This document shows, one piece after another, positions 51,035-60,326 of a DNA stretch of 64,000 bases. Numbering within the stretch: position 1 is the stretch's first letter; every line of letters starts with the position of its first letter. This stretch comes from Phormidesmis sp. (GTDB lineage Bacteria > Cyanobacteriota > Cyanobacteriia > Leptolyngbyales > Leptolyngbyaceae). The notes beneath the pieces were generated by a model. It saw nothing but the letters and a program-made list of their open reading frames with translations. It did no database searches and had not been told where the DNA came from. The stretch spans positions 2,272,001 to 2,336,000 of the forward strand of contig CBDFJR010000002.1 in assembly GCA_965248535.1 (NCBI GenBank), in the 5' to 3' direction. Position numbers and translations under genes: made by a program.

Positions 51035-51209
51035 TCTGTGGCTTGACAGCCACTTGAGAACCCCTTTTCCATCCCTATATCTAAAGCTAGGGGCTTTAAG
51101 GGTTCTCAAACTCTCCGTTCCGGTAATAAAGGGTGACTAAGAGTAGACGTAGATTAACTAGAAAGTGATCATTCAGAGTTCAGCAACGTGAACGATTGAG
51201 CGACACTCA

Positions 51210-51506
51210 TTAATGAATTAATAACATAATGGCTGCGATCGCTACCGATGTGATCACCAATGCAAAAATGATTGCGTTATCTAACTGTTTGCTAAACACT
51301 CTGACAATCACAATTAGACAAATCACCAACACTAGAGCACCCACAGAAGCGATCGTTCCCCAACCGTGGGCCACTAGCGGATCGTTGTTGCTGTCTTGCG
51401 ATCGATAGGGATTGTGCGGATCTTCTAAAATGGCGGCGATTGAGAAGGAGTGAGCTAGGATTGCTCCCTGCAAATTGCTTATTGAATTCAGTAAAATGCT
51501 GTTCAT
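51210..51506 (-). CDS. Small membrane protein, last gene of the oxidase operon
   Basis: Two hydrophobic helices; starts 2 bp after the NDH-2 stop codon. Confidence 0.7.
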   Translation of the reverse strand: MNSILLNSISNLQGAILAHSFSIAAILEDPHNPYRSQDSNNDPLVAHGWGTIASVGALVLVICLIVIVRVFSKQLDNAIIFALVITSVAIAAIMLLIH

Positions 51507-51508
51507 GG

Positions 51509-52954
51509 CTACACTTTTTTTGTCTGATCGCTGAGAGTGTTGATTAGTTTTTGAGCAATGACTGCCCCGATCGCTAGTCCACCTACGATTTCTGCCGCCT
51601 GCACCGTTCGCTTGACGACGCTGGGTTGAGCACGGTCAAACATCTCTTCTCGAAGCCACTGGGTAGTTGCCTTGAAATTGTGGATAGGAGTCGGCAACAA
51701 CTCAAGATAAGCACCCTGTCGAATCAGATGCCCTGCCTCACCCTCAATTTGGATCGCGTCAAAAATATTGGCAACACTGTTCTCTAAACCCAGTTTGAGC
51801 AAGGTGCCGCGAAGACCGATGTGAGCGGGTTTGAGGTCATATCCTAGGGCCAAAGCTTTTAGGTTATAAGCGATCGCGGCTCCTTGCTGATAGGCAACCT
51901 GGGCGGTTGGCGGCAGCGGCTTTGCATCTGGATGTTTTGCTTCAGCGTGATTTGACTGATCGGGCTGCGGCTGGGAATGCTCGTATTCGTCGCCCTTGCG
52001 ATCGCTAGACTGGAGATCAACTGCACAGTCTCCACCTGCAAACACATCAGGAAAATCGGGGAGTTGTAAGGTCGGCAGGAGGTGCAGTCGGCCCTGCTTG
52101 TCGCGGTGCTGATCGGGAATCGGCAGCGACTTAATCAATGGGTGCGTCGTCGTTCCGGCTGTCCAAATAATGGTGCTTGCTACGGCTTCTCGCGGCTGTT
52201 GATCTAGCTGATATTCGACCTTACCGGGACGAATGGCGCTCACTTTAGCTCTGACCATCATCTCAACCGGGACGGCTCGATCGTGCAGGGCAGCTTCGGC
52301 CGTTTCGCGCAGACGACTGTTGACATCGCCTTCAAGAATCTTGCCATGCGTGATTAACCCAACGCTGACTTCTTGGGGGTTGCCGCCCATCGCTGCATAC
52401 CATTGTGGGATCAGATCAGCCAGGGTGGCCGTCATCTCAACGCCCGTCGGCCCGCCCCCAATGACCACGATCGCCAGCAGGCGGCGACGCTGAATCTCGT
52501 CGCTCAGTTGCATTGCTTGTTGCAGGCAGTCGCGGAGGTGATGATCGATCGCGATCGCGTCCGCTTGAGTCCGAAAGGGCAGGGCGTGTTCGGCTGCGCC
52601 TTCAACGTTGAAATATCCGGTCACGCTGCCCAAAGCTAGAACTAGATTGCTGTAGGAATACTGGTTGCCAGAGGTCAGTTGAATATGCTTTTGAGACAAG
52701 TCGATCGCCTGCACCGTGTCTTGCACCAAGATAACGCCACTGCGATCGAGCAATTCTTGATAGCGGGGCACCACCTGATTTGGTTTCATTTCACCACTGA
52801 AATATTCATAGAGCAGGGGTTTAAAGCAAAAGCGATCGTTTTGATCGATCAGAATCACCGATCGAGGATAGTGCTGATGGCTCAGATGCAGCGCGGTAAA
52901 CAAACCAGCAAATCCGCCACCCAAAATAACCGTTTGATGAACACTATTAGACAT
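51509..52954 (-). CDS. Type II NAD(P)H dehydrogenase-like flavoprotein
   Basis: GGGFAGL, FKPLLYE, GGGPTGVE, WTAG, GDCA, PTAQVAYQQG. Confidence 0.88.
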   Translation of the reverse strand: MSNSVHQTVILGGGFAGLFTALHLSHQHYPRSVILIDQNDRFCFKPLLYEYFSGEMKPNQVVPRYQELLDRSGVILVQDTVQAIDLSQKHIQLTSGNQYSYSNLVLALGSVTGYFNVEGAAEHALPFRTQADAIAIDHHLRDCLQQAMQLSDEIQRRRLLAIVVIGGGPTGVEMTATLADLIPQWYAAMGGNPQEVSVGLITHGKILEGDVNSRLRETAEAALHDRAVPVEMMVRAKVSAIRPGKVEYQLDQQPREAVASTIIWTAGTTTHPLIKSLPIPDQHRDKQGRLHLLPTLQLPDFPDVFAGGDCAVDLQSSDRKGDEYEHSQPQPDQSNHAEAKHPDAKPLPPTAQVAYQQGAAIAYNLKALALGYDLKPAHIGLRGTLLKLGLENSVANIFDAIQIEGEAGHLIRQGAYLELLPTPIHNFKATTQWLREEMFDRAQPSVVKRTVQAAEIVGGLAIGAVIAQKLINTLSDQTKKV

Positions 52955-52987
52955 GAGAAATCTCCTTAGAGGTTAACAGTATGATGA

Positions 52988-53656
52988 TCAGGGTCGCCAA
53001 AGATAGAGAAGCGAAAATAGAATCAGCCAAATCACATCCACAAAATGCCAAAATAGTGCAGCGGCACTCACACCAAAATGCGTTCTGCTATAGTTACCGG
53101 GAATAAATGAGCGAACGACCATGATCAGTTGCAGAATAATGCCAGCTAACACATGCAGGCCGTGGAATCCTGTCAGCAAAAAGAACGTGGTGCCAAACAA
53201 TCCAGTTGTCACGTTAAACGCAAGACCACGCCACTCGATCGCTTGCCCAATTAGGAAATAGATTCCCATTGCCGACGTGAGCAGCCACAGTAACCGAAAC
53301 ATTTTGAGTTTGTTGCGTTTAAGCGCCCGCTCTGCGAAGTAGATCACAAAACTGCTCGATACTAAAACGGCAGTACTAAGAGCAGGTTTTGCCACTTCTA
53401 ATCCTGAAATGCCCGGCGGCAGCCAGTGTGGAGTTGTCAACCGCAGCGCAAGATAGGCTAAGAAAAAACTGGCAAACACCATGCTTTCAGAGAGCAAAAA
53501 CACGGTGAAGCCAAACAGACCTTTGCCGTGATGATCAAAAGCATCGCCGCCCCCGATCGGCAAATATCGCTTAAGCCAGTCAGGGAGGCGACCATGCAGC
53601 AGGTCAAACCGAATCGGGCTTTCATCAAGGTGGCGAGGCGGCTGAAGATTTGACAT
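52988..53656 (-). CDS. ctaE: Heme-copper oxidase subunit III (ARTO-type)
   Basis: FLLSE, TGFHGLHV, FWHFVDVIW. Confidence 0.93.
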   Translation of the reverse strand: MSNLQPPRHLDESPIRFDLLHGRLPDWLKRYLPIGGGDAFDHHGKGLFGFTVFLLSESMVFASFFLAYLALRLTTPHWLPPGISGLEVAKPALSTAVLVSSSFVIYFAERALKRNKLKMFRLLWLLTSAMGIYFLIGQAIEWRGLAFNVTTGLFGTTFFLLTGFHGLHVLAGIILQLIMVVRSFIPGNYSRTHFGVSAAALFWHFVDVIWLILFSLLYLWRP

Positions 53657-53661
53657 GGTGA

Positions 53662-55314
53662 TTACTCCTGCGCCGAGGCTAGATTAGAGCGTTGGCCGCC
53701 ACGATCGTAGTTATAGGGCGGTTCGGTCACGATGGGGAGTTCAGCAAAGTTCTCGATCGGGGGCGGTGAAGTCGTCGTCCACTCTAGCCCGGTGGCGTGC
53801 CAGGGATTATTTCCGGCAGGTCTACCCAAAAAACAGGAGGCAATCATGTTCACCATAAAGGGCAGCGTAGCCAAGCCCAGCAAAAAAGCGCCCAGACTCG
53901 CGATCAGATTTAACCCCTCATATTGAGGAGCATAGGAGGCAATGCGCCGCACCATGCCCTGCAAGCCAAGGGGATGCATGGGGAAAAACGTCAGATTAGA
54001 CCCGATGAGCGTCAGCCAAAAGTGCAGCTTGCCCCAGCCTTCGGCATACACCCGGCCCGTCACTTTTGGAAACCAGAAATAAACGGCGGCAAAGATCGCC
54101 ATCGTGATCGTGTTATAGACAACATAGTGAAAATGCCCGACTACAAAATAGGTATTGTTAACGTGTAAGTCAAAGGGAACAGCAGCTAACATGATTCCAG
54201 TAATGCCTGCAAAGATAAACGAGATTACACCGCTTAACGCGAACAGCATCGGCGTATCGAGGTGCAGTCTACCGTTCCAGATCGTGGCCACCCAGGCAAA
54301 TTCTTTAATGCCTGTGAAGACGGCAATCAGCATTGAGGAAATCATAAACACAAGCCGCATCCAGCCTGGTGTGCCGCTGGCAAACATATGATGCACCCAG
54401 ACGATAACGCTGATAAAGGCGATGCCGATCGAGGCGATCGCCACCGTCCGATAGCCAAACAGGGGGTTGCGCGAAAACGCAGGCAAAATTTCTGAAAAGA
54501 TGCCAAACGCGGGCAGCGCCATCACATAGACCGCCGGGTGTGAGTAAAACCAAAACAAATGCTGATAGAGAATGGGGCTACCGTTTTGAAACGCATTAAA
54601 AATATTGGTGCCCAGCGCTAGGTCAAAAAATAACAATACCAACCCACCCGTTAGCGCCGGGAGACAAAACAGTTGCAGCAGTTGGGCGCTCAACACCGTC
54701 CAGACAAACAGCGGCATCCGAAAAAGCGTCATGCCGGGTGCGCGCATCCAAATAATCGTGGTGATGAAATTTACGCCGCCCATAATCGACGAAACGCCAA
54801 TCAGCACGACGCTGGCGATCCAAATAAATTCCCCGTTGATCAAATGACCTGATGGATTTTGAATGCTCACGGGCGGATAAGACCACCAGCCTGCTTGAGC
54901 CGTTCCGGTGGGCAGAAAAAAGCTTGACAGCAGTAAAATTCCCGCTGGGGGAATGATCCAAAACGCGATCGCGTTCAGCACTGGAAACGCCATATCTCGC
55001 GCCCCAATCATCAGGGGAATCAAATAGTTTGCTAGCCCCGCCAAACACGGAATAATCCACAAAAAGATCATCATCGTGCCGTGAAGGGTCATCAACCCGT
55101 TATAGACCGAGCGATCGACGAGATCTAGCTGCGGCGTGAGCAGTTCGGCGCGAATCAGCATGGCCATCAGTCCGGCGACCAAAAAAAACACAAAGGTCGT
55201 CAAAAGATACTGAATGCCAATGACTTTGTGATCAGTGCTGAAACCCAGATAGTGTCGCCAGTTTTGCTGAGAGGGCGCGATCGCGTCCATCGGGTCGATC
55301 GAGGAATGTGTCAT
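53662..55314 (-). CDS. ctaD: Heme-copper oxidase subunit I (ARTO-type)
   Basis: TDHKVIG, TLHG, WFYSHPAVY, WVHHM, GHFH. The Mg-site HD is replaced by NN. Confidence 0.95.
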   Translation of the reverse strand: MTHSSIDPMDAIAPSQQNWRHYLGFSTDHKVIGIQYLLTTFVFFLVAGLMAMLIRAELLTPQLDLVDRSVYNGLMTLHGTMMIFLWIIPCLAGLANYLIPLMIGARDMAFPVLNAIAFWIIPPAGILLLSSFFLPTGTAQAGWWSYPPVSIQNPSGHLINGEFIWIASVVLIGVSSIMGGVNFITTIIWMRAPGMTLFRMPLFVWTVLSAQLLQLFCLPALTGGLVLLFFDLALGTNIFNAFQNGSPILYQHLFWFYSHPAVYVMALPAFGIFSEILPAFSRNPLFGYRTVAIASIGIAFISVIVWVHHMFASGTPGWMRLVFMISSMLIAVFTGIKEFAWVATIWNGRLHLDTPMLFALSGVISFIFAGITGIMLAAVPFDLHVNNTYFVVGHFHYVVYNTITMAIFAAVYFWFPKVTGRVYAEGWGKLHFWLTLIGSNLTFFPMHPLGLQGMVRRIASYAPQYEGLNLIASLGAFLLGLATLPFMVNMIASCFLGRPAGNNPWHATGLEWTTTSPPPIENFAELPIVTEPPYNYDRGGQRSNLASAQE

Positions 55315-55340
55315 GCAACCTATCCTATTAGCGGGAATAT

Positions 55341-56252
55341 TTAGCGGGAATCATTGACTATAGGCGGCGCAGCAGGCGAAACGGTGATCCAACCGCCGTC
55401 TCCTGCTTGCGATCGCTGTGCGTGTTCGGCAAACGCAGCGTTAGGGGCGGCAGCAGGAGTCTGGGTGGCGGCTTGCGTGAGCCACTGACGATAGGCCGCA
55501 GGCGACTCAACCACCACATCTGCCTCCATCAGGGCAAAATAGGTGCCGCTAAACTGAGAATCGCGTAAGCGATAGCGCCCCTCGCGCAAGGGCGTGACCG
55601 TGAAGGTGATGGCGCGATTGGGAATGATGTCTTGCTTAACGCGAAACTCTGGCACATAAAACCCGTGCAGCACATCCAACGATCGTAGGTTTAAGCGCAC
55701 ACTCTGATGAACAGGCAGATGCAACACCGTGCTGGTGACATTGCCCGGATAGCGAAACGACCATGACCACTGCTTGGCGATGACTTCAACGTCTTCTGAG
55801 GCAGGCTGCTGACGAGGATTTTGCTCACTTGGCTTAGATTGAGCATTGGCAGGTGCTTCTAACAAATGCAAGTGCACGATCGGGGTTAACCCTTGCAGAT
55901 CTAACTCCTGATAAATCTTAAAGCTCTGAGCCGCCAGCCACAGCACGAGCACTAAAGGCGCGATCGTCCAAGCGGCTTCTAGTCGCCAATCTTGACGAGC
56001 GGGGTGTCCATGACTCCAATCGCCACGGGGAGCACGGCAAAAGATCACGGAGTACAGAATCATGCCCGTCAGCCCGACAAACACAAACGTCCCGATCGAC
56101 ACCAAAAAACTAAATAAGCTATCGACGTGCTGCGCTTCTTCCGTTGCCTGGCTGGGCATCCACCCAAAAGCCAGATGCCCTACCCAGCGACTGATGACTA
56201 GATTTGCGGCGATAGAGACGGCGATTAAACCTCGATTAAAGACTTTTTTCAT
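55341..56252 (-). CDS. ctaC: Heme-copper oxidase subunit II lacking the CuA cysteines (ARTO-type)
   Basis: QWSW.F.YP, DVLHGF, KQDIIP; DSQFSGTYFALM replaces the CxExCGxxHxxM motif. Confidence 0.92.
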   Translation of the reverse strand: MKKVFNRGLIAVSIAANLVISRWVGHLAFGWMPSQATEEAQHVDSLFSFLVSIGTFVFVGLTGMILYSVIFCRAPRGDWSHGHPARQDWRLEAAWTIAPLVLVLWLAAQSFKIYQELDLQGLTPIVHLHLLEAPANAQSKPSEQNPRQQPASEDVEVIAKQWSWSFRYPGNVTSTVLHLPVHQSVRLNLRSLDVLHGFYVPEFRVKQDIIPNRAITFTVTPLREGRYRLRDSQFSGTYFALMEADVVVESPAAYRQWLTQAATQTPAAAPNAAFAEHAQRSQAGDGGWITVSPAAPPIVNDSR

Positions 56253-56255
56253 GGC

Positions 56256-56882
56256 TTATTTCGGCACCTCTTTCGGCACCTCTTTCAGCACCTCGCCCGG
56301 ATTCTGTCCTTGTCGCAGCAGCCCTGCCGCAGTGTTGTGAACGCCAAACTCATCGCCAAGTTGCGCTCCCAGGGTGCCCTGCACAAACAGAAGCCCAATC
56401 ATCATGACTCCTGCTAGCAGATAGCTCCACTGCACTTGTCGCGGCGATTCTCTGCGCCAGCGATAGCGCTGAAATCCTCGCCAGACTGTCATGCCGACGA
56501 TCGCCCCCAGCAGCAAAATGCCGCTCAGTCCGTGCAAGATCATGGTGCTGCTGATGCTGAGTCCCCAAGCGCTTAGGTGAGTTGCTGACGAGTCTGCCAG
56601 CATGATCTCAAAAAAGCCTGCGGCAACGGTGAAAAGGGTGATAACAGCGGTGCCCAAAAGGTTATACCACCCGACATCATAAAACCCAGATCGAAGGGCG
56701 GTGACAGAAAAGGCTTTGAACAGGGGACGCTCGATCTCAAAAAAGTTTCCGGCAATGTCAAAAATGAACGCAATGATCAACAATCCCAACGTCAAATGCA
56801 CCAAGGTTGGGTGCAGCGGCAGCGCGTAGGGCAACCCGTTGGCACCCAACTTTAAGCCCACATCCAGCACTAGAGAATTCAT
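56256..56882 (-). CDS. DUF2231-like membrane protein
   Basis: LHPTLVH motif and four TM helices; 4-bp overlap with the upstream paralog. Confidence 0.8.
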   Translation of the reverse strand: MNSLVLDVGLKLGANGLPYALPLHPTLVHLTLGLLIIAFIFDIAGNFFEIERPLFKAFSVTALRSGFYDVGWYNLLGTAVITLFTVAAGFFEIMLADSSATHLSAWGLSISSTMILHGLSGILLLGAIVGMTVWRGFQRYRWRRESPRQVQWSYLLAGVMMIGLLFVQGTLGAQLGDEFGVHNTAAGLLRQGQNPGEVLKEVPKEVPK

Positions 56883-57373
56883 TGCAAAACTCCCTTACGG
56901 GCTGCTTCGACTACAGGCTCAACATGCAGCCCATAGACCCAAACTAATTGCGTTCCCAAGATCATTTGAACAAACACAATGCAAACTAAAACGGTTGAGA
57001 CTCCTAGATAGATAGGGGAGATTTTAATCGGGTTACGAGTTCGCATTACAAACCGCCACGCTGTGATGCTCACCAGAGTGACCGACAGCGACCAGCCGAT
57101 CGCCGTGTGCAAATTCATCGTCTGTTTAGCGGCGGCATAAGGCTGCGCAAACCCCGCTTCAAACTGACCAAATAGAATAGCAATAAAAATGGAAACCGAA
57201 GCAACGACCAAGTTCCAAAAGCTAACTTCATATAAACGATGATTGCGAGTCAGATAGCCCACCACATCGCAGAAAAATGAGAAAAACACCATCGCGATAA
57301 TGAAGTGAACTACGATCGGATGAATCGGATCGGAATAGGGCAGATTTTGACTATTCAACGATATAGCAAGCAT
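56879..57373 (-). CDS. DUF2231-like membrane protein
   Basis: IHPIVVHF motif, four TM helices, G.QLVWVYG. Confidence 0.8.
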   Translation of the reverse strand: MLAISLNSQNLPYSDPIHPIVVHFIIAMVFFSFFCDVVGYLTRNHRLYEVSFWNLVVASVSIFIAILFGQFEAGFAQPYAAAKQTMNLHTAIGWSLSVTLVSITAWRFVMRTRNPIKISPIYLGVSTVLVCIVFVQMILGTQLVWVYGLHVEPVVEAARKGVLQ

Positions 57374-57713
57374 CTCTATTTAACTTTAGACTAAGGGCTA
57401 CATAAATTATCAACACTAGATGATTCAAAAAGAGATTGACGGTGCAATCACTAGAGCTAACAGAGACTAGCAGAAATGTTATCCCTACAGTTCAACAAGA
57501 TACGTGAATTAGTTAATAAATAGCTCTACTTCTTTGGGTAGATTCATCGGGCTTTTGATGCGGGACATAACTCTATGAACTTGCTGTGTCAACGCAGCGA
57601 AGTTGAGTTGAAATGGCCCCGATCGTTGACCGCATTTGTCACTAGATCTAGACAGACAGGACTCTGGATCTCATGTCTAGATCTAGGGTGCCAGCGCTTG
57701 CTCGGCTAAACTC

Positions 57714-57821
57714 ATACCAATTTCGGATGCAATTGCGACTGATCGTTCAATCCGACGGGGCACGCCGTGCCCCTACCGTGCCCTCGTGCGGATCTGTCGC
57801 ATTCACAAATCAAATTGGTAT
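57714..57821. mobile_element. MITE/REPIN-like 108-bp element
   Basis: Terminal inverted repeats ATACCAATTT / AAATTGGTAT, inner GCGAC..GATC / GATC..GTCGC, and a central GGGGCACGCCGTGCCCCTAC. Confidence 0.65.
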
Positions 57822-58273
57822 CAGGTCAATTTAGCAACGCTGACAATGCTCTGGTTGAGAGAGTCTAGGGCGGCGATCGCCGCCTCAGACTTCGACTCTT
57901 TTAAAGCACGTTTTACTCCATCCATTCCCGCTTCGATGTTGTCATAGCCGCTGCGAGACTTTGCCTTGACTCCATCTTCGACCTTTGACCAAGACGCTTC
58001 AAATTGGTCAAAATCTGCCTTTGCCGTGGTGAAGTTGCCCGCTTTGACGGCTGCTTTTGTTTTGGTCACCACCCCTTGCAGGGCTGCAAATCCGCCTTGA
58101 GCCGGGCTTGCAGTCATTTTGTCTGTCATTGCGCTACCCGCTTTGGGCTGAGTTGCCTTTTCAGCGGGGCTGCTAGCGGGAGAGGGCGGTAAGTCAGAAT
58201 TCTTGGACGAACTGCATCCCACTAGCGCCAAAAGAGTGATTGCGCCCACCATGAGAGAGTTGTTAAACTTCAT
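57821..58273 (-). CDS. Putative lipoprotein with a helical-bundle domain
   Basis: Lipobox LVGC, Pro/Ser linker, WSKVEDGVK...YDNIE; AGGAG RBS. Confidence 0.8.
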   Translation of the reverse strand: MKFNNSLMVGAITLLALVGCSSSKNSDLPPSPASSPAEKATQPKAGSAMTDKMTASPAQGGFAALQGVVTKTKAAVKAGNFTTAKADFDQFEASWSKVEDGVKAKSRSGYDNIEAGMDGVKRALKESKSEAAIAALDSLNQSIVSVAKLT

Positions 58274-58330
58274 AATCTCAGACTCCTGCCTAATTGAATC
58301 GATTCCCCTCTATTTTCTTATAAAAATCCT

Positions 58331-58615
58331 ATGAAACGTGCCTTCCGGAAATATCATCGCCTGCTAGCGATCGTGCTTTTCCTGCCGCTTGCGCTGACCG
58401 TTTTGACGGGAATGGCAGCCACGATCACTGAGGAATGGTCGATCGATCTTGGGCTTTCGCGAAATCTGCTGCTCAAGATTCACACGGGCGAAATTTTGCA
58501 TCTTCAGGCAATTTATCCCATCCTCGACGGCCTCGGACTGATCGGGCTGTTGGTGACCGGAATCACGATGTCAGGGCTGTTTCGCAGCAAGCCTCAGACT
58601 GCTGTCAAAGATTAG
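58331..58615 (+). CDS. PepSY-associated TM helix small membrane protein
   Basis: RKYHRLL...LTG and LLKIHTGE...LLVTG motifs. Confidence 0.78.
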   Translation: MKRAFRKYHRLLAIVLFLPLALTVLTGMAATITEEWSIDLGLSRNLLLKIHTGEILHLQAIYPILDGLGLIGLLVTGITMSGLFRSKPQTAVKD

Positions 58616-58688
58616 ATACCCTTTTGCCCTACTGAACCCCGATTCTGAACGGCAAACTCAAGACTGACGGGGGACTTGTCCACATTCT

Positions 58689-60218
58689 TTAGTCTTCTAG
58701 AAGATGCTCTGTTCGCCAGTCGGTTGCTTTTTGGCGAATGAGTTGACGTTCTTCGTCAGAGAAGCGCCTTAGGTTAGCCATGATCTGACCCATGCGATGA
58801 TTTTTCTTTAGTTTGTCTTGATGGCGATCGAGAAAATCCCAGTAAAAAAAGTTAAACGGACAGGCGTTTTCACCTGTGCGATCGCGGCGATCGTAGGTGC
58901 ATTTTTTGCAATAATCACTCATGTTGTTGATGTAGTTAGCTGAAGCCGCATAGGGTTTAGAAGCCATCAATCCCCCATCTGCAAACTGACCCATGCCAAT
59001 CACATTAGTCTGCATCACCCAGTCATAGCCATCTACAAACGCTGCATGAAACCAGTCTTGCAACGCTTGGGGTGAGACTCCAGCAATCAGCCCAAAGTTG
59101 CTCAACACCATTAAGCGTTGAATGTGGTGAGCATAGCCCGTTTCTTTAACTTGAGTGATCACTTGGTGTAAACAGTTCATTGTTGTGTCTCCCGTAAAAT
59201 AGAAGCCCGGCAATGGTTGAGTGTGATTGAAATAGTTGAGACTAGGGTAGTCTTTGCCCATGTGCAAATAGATGCAGTGCATATATTCACGCCATCCTAA
59301 AATCTGTCGCACAAATCCTTCAACGCTGTTTAGTTCCCATTCGCTCTGGTGTTGCTCATAGGCTTGTTCTGCCGCTTCTAACACCTCTAGCGGATGCAGC
59401 AATCCCACATTCAGATAAGGAGACAACATTGCGTGCCAGAGGGTTTGCTCTCCGGTCACCATTGCGTCTTGATAAGGGCCAAACTCTGAGAGACGAGTCT
59501 GCACAAAGAATTCGAGCACTTGCAGGGCTTGTTGACGGGTTACCCCCCACTGAAACGGCTCGATCTGCCAGTAGTCTTGGCTGTCTTTAAATGCAGGAGA
59601 TTGTTTCACCCAGTCGATGACTTCTTGGGTGATGCGATCGGGCTTAAACCACAGCGCCTCTGGCAAATTGAGAGTGCCCTTGGGAGGTTTGCGGTTGTCT
59701 TTGTCAAAGTTCCAGCGCCCTGAGATCGGCTGATCGCCGTCCATCAAAACGTTGAACCGTCGCCGTCCTTCCCGATAAAAATCTTCCATCACTAGGCGTT
59801 TGCGAGACTGGGCCCAGTCCATCAAGTCCTCATCGTTCCAGATAAAGCGATTGCTGGCAGTGAAGATGACTTTGCAGGGCAGATCTAGCTGCTGAATTAA
59901 CTGGGCAAAGGGGCGATCGGTGGGAGTCATCACCCGCAGTTCAGTAATCTGATGCTGCTCGATCCAGGCTAGCAGAGGCGTTTTGAAGTCTAGGCTCTGC
60001 TGGTAGGCGACATCCCAGCCATCTTGACGCAGTTCATCGGCAAAGTGGCGCATCGCTGACCACACCAGCACCAGCTTTTGCAGGTGATAAGGCAGTGTTT
60101 GACCGTGATGCAGCGATTCGATAAAAATCACGGGGGTTGACTGGGCACGATTGCAGCTTTGGAGTGCTGATTGCCCTACCCAAAGCTGATCGCCTAAGAT
60201 CCAAACTCCAACGGTCAT
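58689..60218 (-). CDS. Fe-S cluster cryptochrome/photolyase (PhrB/CryB class)
   Basis: LGDQL, WNFDKDNR, FGPYQDAM, HHIQRLM, KPYAAS; four Cys in MNCL, YCKKC and ACPF. Confidence 0.92.
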   Translation of the reverse strand: MTVGVWILGDQLWVGQSALQSCNRAQSTPVIFIESLHHGQTLPYHLQKLVLVWSAMRHFADELRQDGWDVAYQQSLDFKTPLLAWIEQHQITELRVMTPTDRPFAQLIQQLDLPCKVIFTASNRFIWNDEDLMDWAQSRKRLVMEDFYREGRRRFNVLMDGDQPISGRWNFDKDNRKPPKGTLNLPEALWFKPDRITQEVIDWVKQSPAFKDSQDYWQIEPFQWGVTRQQALQVLEFFVQTRLSEFGPYQDAMVTGEQTLWHAMLSPYLNVGLLHPLEVLEAAEQAYEQHQSEWELNSVEGFVRQILGWREYMHCIYLHMGKDYPSLNYFNHTQPLPGFYFTGDTTMNCLHQVITQVKETGYAHHIQRLMVLSNFGLIAGVSPQALQDWFHAAFVDGYDWVMQTNVIGMGQFADGGLMASKPYAASANYINNMSDYCKKCTYDRRDRTGENACPFNFFYWDFLDRHQDKLKKNHRMGQIMANLRRFSDEERQLIRQKATDWRTEHLLED

Positions 60219-60326
60219 GGCTGTAGTCCTGAAAATAACTTGAGGGTCATGAATTAAATAACCACAAGTTTAGCGTGACCCCAGTTCTAGAGGGCTTCCT
60301 AGGAATGGTGTAGGAGCGGAAGTCGG

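Larger units (their letters stand above)
49316..51122 (-). mobile_element. IS200/IS605-family element with intact tnpB and frameshifted tnpA (non-autonomous)
   Basis: On the minus strand: TTAC (51126-51123), then 25 nt, then AAAG and a CCCCTAG hairpin. Right end: GAAT, CCCC..GGGG hairpin, TCAA (49319-49316). Confidence 0.9.

Noticed and set aside
56259..56294. Three 12-bp repeats encoding EVLK-EVPK-EVPK
   Set aside because: Likely a neutral slippage duplication in a C-terminal tail.
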